In this document: positions 54,116-64,000 of the stretch, in pieces
Layout: the number at the start of each line of letters is the position of its first letter
Position numbering within the stretch: the first letter of the stretch is position 1
Assembly (NCBI GenBank): GCA_904063045.1
Contig: CAJFCJ010000012.1
Span: 2,170,001 to 2,234,000, forward strand
Length of the DNA stretch: 64,000 nt
Direction: 5' to 3'
Source: Dimorphilus gyrociliatus
Lineage: Eukaryota > Animalia > Annelida
Made by a program: the position numbers and the translations under genes
Notes under the pieces: model-generated
Databases searched by the model: none
What the model was told of the DNA's origin: nothing
What the model saw: only the letters and a program-made list of their open reading frames with translations

Positions 54116-55011
54116 ATATTAGCAGATAATAAAGAATTGGTATATTTCTTCCGTATTTCAATCTTCTATCAATAATCTTGGTCTGACATAGATCAATTAG
54201 AAAAAATATTATCCCTTTTAAAAAGTAATACACATATATGCAAACTGTTGTTGTAATAATTTGAATAAAAAACTCCTATTAGACTTTACATTTGCTACCC
54301 TTTTCTTTACAAATCTATTTCAATTAATAATCTCCGGCTAAAGTAGAATTTTCAACAAAAATCTTTTTATAGTTATTTTTAAGTAACTTAATTATTTTTT
54401 TCTTTATTTTTTTGTTAGTTTTGTTGATATAAATAGAAAATAATTCTTTATTTTTAAAACTATTAAGCTTTTTGCCATAAAGTTTTTATCCCTCTCTTTT
54501 TTTTTTCAAATAGATTACACCGTTAACTTATGTTACAAACATATCTATTTATAATAAAGATAGCATCGGATTCTTTCAATTTTATTTCGCATCACAATTA
54601 CTTTGCATTTATGATATTATCTTTAAAAAAATGTAATGATTATAGGCTAATAGTTAACTTGTTGTACGCTATCTCTATTATTAGTACAGTATATACTTTT
54701 ATTATAGTACAAAATAAGAGATAAACTTTGGAGAGGAATGTTAAAAATTCTTCCCTCAAAATTTGTATTAATAAAATAACGATTAACATGAAAAAAGTTG
54801 AATATTAGATAAGAAGTGAAAGAGAATAAAAGGAATTAGTTGGGAAAATATTCTTCTTTCATATTCAAAAATTGAATAAAAGGAAATAAGAGCACCAGTT
54901 TCCAAAACAGAAAGAGAAAAAAAAACAATTAACAAAATTTTATGAATAGGTTAGCTCGTTAATTGCTAAAATATTCGATTCTTTGGCAAGTTTTTACTCG
55001 GCTATTAAACA

Positions 55012-55048
<37 letters not shown>

Positions 55049-55178
55049 ATATACAGTAAATACATAACTAAAAGAACAAATTAATAAATCTCTTCTTTCC
55101 ACAATTATTTCTTCTAGGAAGGAAAGAAACTTAAGAGAATTAGTCAATCAGAAACAATCAATTAATTCAGTATATTGT

Positions 55179-56671
55179 CTAATCCAAACCCAATTTTCTG
55201 TAGCTGCTATTCGTTGATGACAATACCTTTAAAGATTCGTCAACATGAAATGAGTTTGTATCAGTCATTTTCATAATTGTTTCACGATGATTTAATATAT
55301 CTTGCTTGAATTTTTCTGTTTCGATAAATAGACATTTAACAATTTGTTGATTGAATGATTAAAATTAACTCTAACCAGTCAAATCCTTGAAAGTTCCATT
55401 TGCCTTTGAGGAATCTTCGTCGGGTAGTAATTCTGCAGGAAGTATCTCTCGCGGTACTTCTCGATCGTATAGACTCTCTAGAGTATTGTGGCGAACTATC
55501 CTTTTGAAAAATTTTCCGGGATCGAGAGGTTTCAGGATTGATACAAAAGAATCAACTATTAGGTTATAGTTGATAAGATGCACTGCCTTAAATCTCACAG
55601 GTACGCATCCCTAAAGAAATGGAATAGGCTTAAAAAACAGACTAGGGGGTGTGGTCATGAGGGCGGGGGGGGGGGGAAGTAGGGTGGGGGTTAAGAAGAA
55701 AAAAATAGCAAAATTTTACAGAGAAAGAAAGAAAGAAAAAGAGAGAGATTATAGATTAAATGACTATTTATGTATGTTCTTTCGTCATAGAGGGGCAGAA
55801 AGGAATTTCCAGCTTTTCTTAGCATTGCCAAAGCATAGAAATAATATGTATTTCAAGATTATAAATTTTGCAAGTCTCGTAAGTTAATGTAACCAACAAT
55901 ACTATGGAATTTCGTCTTCTTTTAATACTATAGAAAATATTTATATAACACTTTTCTTTTACCTACAAAGGCCAAACAAATTGCGAGAATTGACCTTGAC
56001 ATTTTACAAGCAAAAATGTAACTGTCCTAGATTTCTAATCATTTAAACTACTTCTTTTTATTCCTGTTACTTACCATTATATTTTTACTAATCATTTTTT
56101 TTTTATCCATGTCTATAAACATAAATCTTTTCCACGTATAATCTTCTAAATCCATGATAAAGACGGTACCTCTAATTTGTGTTCGCTCCGAACTCATCCA
56201 AGTCCATATTCCCGCAATCATTAAGGCTCGTAAAAGATGTGCTGAGGTATAATTTGTTCCTGAAGTATCTAATAGTCCCATCTTTATGTAAAAAACTTGA
56301 CTCTTATTCTTATCCAATCCTAATGGAACCATGAAGCCAGTATTAAACAAATATTGAACTTGCTCCTCATTAGGGTCTAAATTGGCAAAATAGTCAGGAT
56401 AATTTTGAAATAAAGATGAGTAGGTCTCAATTTTTTTTCTAGCCTTAATTTGAGAAAATTTGGCTTGCCTTAAGAAAGGTAGAAGGAAATCTGTTCGTAA
56501 TGGACATTTTATATATTCTGTGTCCTGTATCCAATCACTTAAACATTGAAGAGCTGTCAAACGATCAGATGGTAATTCATTCAATTCGGCTTTAGCTATT
56601 TCTTCATCGTCTGCATCCAATGAACAATTATAATCATTGCGAACGAATCGTCTAGGTTTATTTTTCGCCAT
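55179..56671 (-). CDS. CRAL-TRIO lipid-binding protein (alpha-tocopherol transfer protein/clavesin-like), 322 aa
   Basis: Exons 56671-56075, 55610-55376, 55315-55179. AKAELNE, FLLPFLRQAKFS, QIRGTVFIMDL, PVRFKAVHLIN, ILPAE and the typical C-terminal SYRKLGLD*. Confidence 0.93.
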
Positions 56672-57426
56672 TCCTGCGAAAGTTCGTTTGAACGGTGGAA
56701 ACAGGCCTTTATTTATTAATAGCTTTTCAATAGATAGAAAAAAAATGCTATTTTATATATTAAAATAAGTTAATATTATGTAGCATACCTCAAATAACAA
56801 AATTTGCAATAAAAAGGATTAAATATCTATTTCAATATATTCAAATAACTTTCAATTTGATTGAAAATATCAAATAGTCTATTATTTGGCCTCTATTTAT
56901 TGTCTTGAACTTATTGATTGTACACAACACATCGCTGTGCTGACATCTATAGGAGAACAGTAACATTGTTTCTTTGACTATTGACATTTTAATATGAGTA
57001 AATGGATTCATATAGATTTTTATTCGTACAAAAGTAGGACATGGTTCCTTTATCGCAAGCTTTTAATTTTATTAGATTTTTTTTAAAAAAAAAAATTAGA
57101 AAAAGACTATTAAAGGCGTCTAAACAATAATTTAGTACAACGTAAAGAAATCAACATAAAAGCGAATGGATTAGATATAAGTAGAAAAAAATAGGCTATG
57201 TAAATAATAAATTAAAGAAATGTACTGTATTAGGTTAAAGAGTTATTATCTGTTAATCGATGTTGTACTTGTATCACTCGTTAAGGGGTTAAAAATTATC
57301 ACATATTCTTCACTGTTGATTCAAATATCAAAGGTAGATTATTTCTTTCGATTGATAAAGGAAGAGATAAGAGACAAACTCTTAAAAATCGTGTTCATTT
57401 GGACTGAAATATAAGATAAAGACGTC

Positions 57427-58860
57427 ATGAATTCTCCTCTACAATACGTGTTCTTCGTTCTCTTCGCCCTAAATAGTGAATCTTTCGCAAAAATGGTTGA
57501 ACCCTCGCAAAGTTATTGTTACTCTTCGGATATTAAACCAAACAGAAATTACGCTACGAAAACAACTTACTTCCAATCAATCAACTCCTCAAATAGTATT
57601 TTAGAAGAGTCGACCAATGATTCTAATTGTACTGTAAAATTTATCTATTATCTGAGCCGTCATGGTACTAGGCATAATGGAGATAAAGGTATACGAGAAT
57701 GGCAACAACATTTACCCAAACTCCGAGAACATATTTTAAAATTTCCCAATAAAACCCAACTTTGCCAGAAGGATATTGAAATTATCGCAAATTGGAGTTT
57801 GAGAATGAAGCCGGAAGATGATAAAGATTTGGTTGAAACCGGCAAAAGAGAACAAAAGTTTATCGCTCAGGAAATGAGAAAAAGATTCCCGGATTTCTTC
57901 GCTCAGAATGATTTATTAGAAGATTACGAATTTCGTCATTCGAAAGAGAAGAGAACCCGTGATTCGGCTCTAGCCTTTCTCGAAGGCTTGTTTGGTACGT
58001 CAAATAACGTTCAACTCACCAGATCACCCGAAAAAGATACTCTCTTACATTTCTACAAGCATTGCGATAAATATATTGAAGAAGTTCAAAATAAGCCCCG
58101 TATTGAATATGATAAATTCCTAAAGGGACCCGAGATGCAGGCAGTCATAAAAAGAGTGAACGAAAGACTGGCTTTAACAAATCCAATTGAATATAAAACA
58201 CTTGAAAGTATCTATGATAATTGTGTGTTCGAGTATGGAATTTATAATGATGCTCCGTGGTGCTCAGTTTTCCAACGGGAAGATATAAACATCATAGAAT
58301 ATGCTGAAGATATAAAATATTACTGGGAGGATTCTTATCCTCATAAGGTCACTGTGGAACAAACTTGCAAGCTAGTCTCGGATATTTGGAAACATTTACG
58401 AAATGCAAAAGAAAAGAAAGATAAAAGGAAGATTGTTGGAAGATGGGCCCATTCGGCTACTATGAATACACTCTATACAAGATTGGGATTATATAAGGAT
58501 GAGAAGCAACTACTACATAACAACTACGAGCAGCAAAAGGATAGAAGATGGAGAACAACTTTACACACTCCGATGAGCTCAAGCATCGCTTTCGTTTTAT
58601 TACAATGCAAAGATGATTTCACGGTTCGAGCTTTTCATATGGAAAAATTGATTAAACTGGACGGAATTTGCGCAGAAAAGAATTGTAAATGGAGTGAAAT
58701 TGAAGGAAAATTTAAACCTATAGCGGACAATTGCAATTTTGAAGAGATATGTAAAGTATCTAAAGGGGATTCTTCCGCAATAGCGACAAAGCCTTTTATT
58801 CAATTAATTACCCTAATGACTTTAATATCAATTTCATTACGAATGTTTTTTTATGTCTAA
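57427..58860 (+). CDS. MINPP1: Multiple inositol polyphosphate phosphatase (clade-2 histidine phosphatase), single exon, 477 aa
   Basis: Signal peptide, YATKTTY, YYLSRHGTRH, RTRDSALAFLEGLF, PWCSVF, EYAEDIKYYWEDSY, AHSAT, RRWRTT..TPMSSSIAFVLLQC, C-terminal hydrophobic tail. Confidence 0.93.
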   Translation: MNSPLQYVFFVLFALNSESFAKMVEPSQSYCYSSDIKPNRNYATKTTYFQSINSSNSILEESTNDSNCTVKFIYYLSRHGTRHNGDKGIREWQQHLPKLREHILKFPNKTQLCQKDIEIIANWSLRMKPEDDKDLVETGKREQKFIAQEMRKRFPDFFAQNDLLEDYEFRHSKEKRTRDSALAFLEGLFGTSNNVQLTRSPEKDTLLHFYKHCDKYIEEVQNKPRIEYDKFLKGPEMQAVIKRVNERLALTNPIEYKTLESIYDNCVFEYGIYNDAPWCSVFQREDINIIEYAEDIKYYWEDSYPHKVTVEQTCKLVSDIWKHLRNAKEKKDKRKIVGRWAHSATMNTLYTRLGLYKDEKQLLHNNYEQQKDRRWRTTLHTPMSSSIAFVLLQCKDDFTVRAFHMEKLIKLDGICAEKNCKWSEIEGKFKPIADNCNFEEICKVSKGDSSAIATKPFIQLITLMTLISISLRMFFYV

Positions 58861-59768
58861 AAATGATATTAAAACTCCACCTGGTGAGTCCAGAGTTAAG
58901 AAAAGCAGATGTCATTTTATTCTTAGAATAGTTAATTCTTTTATCGCATTTAGATAATTAAATAGAAAAGAAAGAGTTAAAAGAGCTAACAACTCAAGCA
59001 TATTATATATACTAATAAGATTAAATCTTTTGAATTATTCTATAATAAAGAAATATAGGTCGGATTGTGCATCAGAGAAATCGATCGTCTTATTGATTGG
59101 TCCAAGTAGAAGCTGTTTTTTTTTGGGAGGAGGCGCAAGGAAGGAGACTAAGTGAGGAGAGAGAGGACGGAAAGCAAAGAGAGACATGAAGATAGAGGGG
59201 ACAGTGTAAGAGAGAAAGAGAGAGAGAGAGCGAATAGGATAGAGATAGAGAAAAAAAATAAGAGAGAGGGAGTACGAGTGCAGAGGAGGAAGTGGGGAAT
59301 AGTAAGAGCGGGGCAAAAAAAATTGGTAAAAACTAGAACCGTCTGGAAATTAAAACGGATATTAAGGAAAAAGGTCGGTCGATAACGTATAACCTTATGT
59401 TGGGGGTTAGATTGTCAGAAATGTTTCAACGGCTAAAGTATAGGTTGTGGTGAATATTGGATGAATTAATAAATGGAAAGATTATTGTTCGCCCATTATC
59501 GGTCTCAACTGACACGTTGTTGACTCTATTGATTTTCTTTGCTGAGCTTTCTGTTTGTAGTCGACGCTCTTTTATACGAGATGATTATATCGTATTGTTG
59601 TATTTCGTCAAATTTTGGTGAGAAACCTTCATTGTACATTTTCTTTACTAGCTTTCTTCCGTTTTTTCAATAGGAAATGAATAGTAAAAAAAGTAAAAGA
59701 GAAAAAGTGAAAATCTAGCAATTTCTCACCCATTTTCTCTTTTCCTTACTTGCTCTCTTGTCTCTATT

Positions 59769-59799
<31 letters not shown>

Positions 59800-60389
59800 T
59801 ACCCTCTTTCTTTCGTGCAAAATCCCAATTTTATTACTTTTTCCTTTTCCCCTCAGTAAATTACTATTATACAAATAAGAAATAAAAAACTGTAATATAT
59901 TAAAATAAACCAATTACTCAAACTAAATAAAAACAACTTGATATAGGAAAAAAATCTTAAATACTCTTTAATATAGATATATATATATCTATGATGATGA
60001 TAAAGATTCAATATACACTTATAAATAGACATATAGAAGTTCGGTATTTAAAAGAAAATTGAAAGACAAAAAAAATTGACCAAAAAAAAAAACAGAAGTT
60101 ATTCCATCTGCTACTCTTGTGAATAGAGTTAATTATATTCGACCTTAGAGACAGTGGCTGAATTTCATTCTTGATAAAATATTGCCATAAATTAGTCTTT
60201 TCTTTATCCTACTTATATAATTGATAAGATTGAGTTTATTTTTATGATAATCTGCTATAATCTATTATTATCTTTAAGTGGAATAATATATATAGCGTAT
60301 TTTGTATAATTATATACAAATATATATATATTTGCAGTATATTTTATACTGTACATAGAGTAGAGTACATAGAAATATGTACTATATGA

Positions 60390-60420
<31 letters not shown>

Positions 60421-62699
60421 CTTATAAATAATAAAAGAAAGTTATTGCGCGAAAAGTAGGGTGAATTGTTGGAAAGATAAGTAAAGCATAGAAGAAAAGA
60501 TAGTTAGGCGAGGTAATATTCGGTTAATTAAACTTTTTGAGTATTTTCTGTCGTATGTATGCGTAAAATAAAGCATACAGTATTATAGTAGCTATTATTT
60601 TCTATTGTAAATTCGCCTATAACACGTAGAACGTTTATTAATAGAGAGTGTACTAGTTGCTCGCCTAGTAATAATTAGATCTGCTTATAAAAGCGAAACG
60701 GGTAATGGAAGCCGTTATGGTATGGTTTTTCACTGGATCATTTCTTTTTCCAATATTGCATACTCTCTACCGGAAATTTCTAATAACTTTGACCTTTTGT
60801 TATAATTCCTTCTGTCAATACATTCTCTTCTCTTGGTGGAGAGGCCTAAAAAGCCGGAAAAAGGCAAGAAATGATAATAAAAAAAGCCTTCGAACTGTGT
60901 GTATCAGGGAACGTTTTTACACTCGGTCTATCTTTACACCAGATTAACAAGCTAGTTGACTTCAAAAAGCTTGTAAATGTAACTATTTGATATTGATTTT
61001 TATGACTTGGGACCATCAAAGTGATAAGTTTCTTCTTGAAATCTGACTATTAACTCTGATGCAAATTATATGATCAATCCTTGTTTTGTTTAATGGAAAA
61101 AGTTTACTTTTCTTTCTTTATAAAAAAAAACTACAAAAGCTCATAGAAATATTTTGTTAATGACCAACTTTTGTGCTACTTTTAACTACAACTAAAGCAG
61201 CTTCATTTTCAATTTATCATCCCCTAAAGAAAGGATCCCCCTGCCCCACAAGCATGAGAAAAACGTTATTTTCCACTCTGCCTATTTACATGGGATTAAC
61301 AGGAAGATCGGAGCATCAAAGCGTTCTACAAATGCGTTTCTATCGATCGACCATTTTTTTTCTATTAGAGAAGGTGTTCCTTGTTTCAAATTCATTCGCC
61401 TACTTTTCGTCTCAATTTCAATCTACAGTCCAATTCAGAAGTCTGTTTGAGACTAGATTCGATTGAGAGTAGCTGGAAGCTTTTGACTTTTTCCTTCTAT
61501 CTTTGCAACATTGTGTACTTTGACATTGCTGTCGGATAAAGCATCTCCAAACTCTGTAACGTCTCGTCCTCATTATAGTAATTGGAAAGAAGAACAGTCA
61601 GTATCTCGCTCCCCCCATTGCTATGACTTTAGGGAAATTCAAGACATGACTTCGACTTTATTTTATCAAGTTTTAACCTTGTCGAATATTGATTTTTTTT
61701 ATTTGAAAGCTTAAATTCTCTTCCTCTTCCTCTTCCCATTCTTTTTCCTCTATCTTCTAACGCTTTAATTTTTTCTATGGTTATATTATTTCGATCCTTC
61801 ATTCTCCTCATCACTCTCATTAACTCGCCTCCCCCTTTCTCTCCTTTTCATTCCGCTTTTTTTTCTTCCTATCCATCTTTCCCTGTCTACTTGTCCGTCT
61901 AACTGTCGTTTCCTATTCTACTATTGAGTATTTCTTTTATGAAATTCGAAGAATTAGACACAAGTTAAGCATTAGGCAACTCCTTAGTGACGTAAAAATC
62001 GGATCAAAGACTTTCTCGAAGTAATTCGGCAACATGAGATTGCTTATAATTTTATCCCAAATCGTTTCAACAGCTGTAATTACCGGTCTAATCGAAACTT
62101 GCTTATTTACTCTACTCAGTAAAGCCACTATTTATCTTTAAACACTCTTTTTTTTCCTTCTCATCGATAACAAAAAAGAAAAAATACATCTTTTGTTTCA
62201 GTGTAGGATTACGTAACATGAAAATATACGAATATGTTATAGTAAATAGGTAATATATATATATAATATAAACTTAGAACATTTCAATAAAACTTGACAA
62301 ATACTGTCTATATCAATTTTCTTGCTTTTTTTGGGACATTTTGACTGACAAACATTAGAATATAAAGTTTAAAAAAAGTATTAAAATTTATTCATAATTA
62401 ATGGAATTATGTATTTAAAAATATCCAAATTTTCTTTTTTCCCTTCTTTCTATCTTCCGGTCATTTTTTTTTCTTTTCTCCTTTTTGTCATTTTCCCTTT
62501 TTTTCTGTTTTTTTATCATAATTTCTCTTTTATTCTTTTGTTTTTCACTTTTCTCTTTTATTTAAATAAAACGAGAAAATATTGATTTAATAAAAATTAG
62601 ACGACTTTAAAGAGCGTTATTTTTCTTTCGTTTCTTTTTTCTTCAAATTCGATCTTCCCTTTAAGCATTTCTTTTTTGTAGCTTTCCTTAGATTTGAAC

Positions 62700-63840
62700 C
62701 TATATTTTATCATTTACATTAAATGGTGATGTAGAATTTGAGGCATCGTTTAAACTTGGTATTAACTTGTTAATTTCTAATTGAATTAAATTTGTCCTCA
62801 TTAAACTTTTTGGACTAGAACATGAAAGACTGTGTGGAGAAGGAAATTTTATCTTCTCAATCTTTAGCCACTCAACCAATGGCCGAATATTCACATCACA
62901 ATACCAATTATTATGAGTTACGTCAATAAGACCGAGATTAGGCAGTGTGTCCAAGAGTTCAGCCGGTAAATTACGCAATCCGTTATAGCTCAAGTTCATT
63001 TCTTGAATGTTTGTCCATTTGGAGAGTACTGAAATATTTTTTAATAAGATTTCAGCTAATGTTGAAGAATTCGATAAACTTAAGATGAGCAATTTACTAG
63101 CATTCAAATCCAATATAAATTCATTAACTGCAATCAAGAATTATGTAAAGAGTACTGATTACTTTGCAGTTCAAATATTTATTTTAGCTTTAGTTTACCC
63201 CAGTTGATTTTTTTTTAGTTTGTAACCCCAATACTGCAAAGTTTATCATTACTCTGACTAATGTTTTGGATGGAATTCATGTGCAAAATTCTCAAGTTTG
63301 GTAATGATCCAATGGATTGTAAAGAAGATATTGGATTCAACGACAGATCGAGAATTTGTAAGTTTTTCAGATATTGGAACGTGCCTGTCCGTAAGGCCGA
63401 AATTTGATTATCCGATAAATCCAGAAGACGTAAATTACGTGCAGCATCAAAGGATTGTGACTGGATTTCGCTAATCCGATTCTTTTTTGCGTACAGACTC
63501 TCCAATTCGATCTGCAATAGCTCCTTGGATATTTTCTGTAATCTATTTCTGTTAATGTTAAGTAGTTTTGGAGAGTTTCTTGAGAAGATTGTTAATGATG
63601 TTAGATTGTTGTCATTTAAACGAACATTTAGAAAAGATATTTCAGATTCGCTTGATAAGTTTAATTGTTGAATGGAAGAGGAAGAGAGGTCTAAAACCTT
63701 TAAACTCACTGAGGGTGCAAAGTTCAAGTTTAAAATTGAATTTAACAGATTCTTTCGCAAGTTCAACCTTCTTAGATCCCTTAAACATAAAAAGGCGTCG
63801 GGAGCAATATAGTTTATTTCGTTTTCTTCGAGGTTGATCA
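62700..63840 (-). CDS. Extracellular leucine-rich-repeat protein, 3' portion (5' exons lie beyond the window)
   Basis: Exons 63840-63235 and 63127-62700 (or to a donor at 62718). Repeated LxxLxLxxNxI/L units (LRLLDLSDNQISAL, LQILDLSLNPISSL) and LRRCT NNWYCD...LVEWL...LSCSSP. Confidence 0.85.
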
Positions 63841-64000
63841 CTGATAAAAGGAAATTGGACGCTTTTAAATAAGTTACTTCAACCTTGCTAGTTGTATATA
63901 TTTGAAAAACTTTTCTAAGCTACTCTTTTAGGAAAATAAATCGTAAAGCGTCTAATTTCCTTTCAAATTTGGATTCCCAACAAATTCCTCGCTACTTAAC

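Noticed and set aside
59035-59385. Overlapping ORFs rich in R/E or S/L/F
   Set aside because: Products of purine-rich (GA) low-complexity sequence.

Overview
AT-rich (about 30% GC by eye), intron-containing animal genomic DNA with very short introns (mostly 45-110 nt). This fits a compact invertebrate genome, probably a lophotrochozoan; the miniature annelid Dimorphilus is only my guess. All gene models were spliced by hand from GT-AG sites. In order: two tandem orphan class-A GPCRs (-), a collagen IX-like TSPN/FACIT collagen of about 27 exons (-), TMEM214 (-), a head-to-head pair of flavin monooxygenases, an atypical CYP2-clan P450 (+), the THIK/KCNK13 K2P channel (+), an 11-kb gene-free interval, a myristoylated globin X-like gene with an abnormal heme pocket (+), a shortened SOBP (-), a 132-aa MGCGSS lipid-anchor orphan (+), a 75-aa secreted six-cysteine peptide absent from the ORF track (+), a CRAL-TRIO protein (-), an intronless MINPP1 (+) and the 3' part of an LRR gene (-). 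I recognised no tRNA, rRNA, miRNA, CRISPR array or intact transposon. Best leads: (1) the hidden Cys-rich peptide; (2) the globin with CD1-His and E7-Ser; (3) recurrent TA-CAG-TA/TA-CTG-TA motifs in (TA)n tracts that match Tc1/mariner excision footprints; (4) CTCF-like motifs at many gene boundaries; (5) an FMO-FMO-CYP cluster in which two enzymes have altered catalytic motifs.
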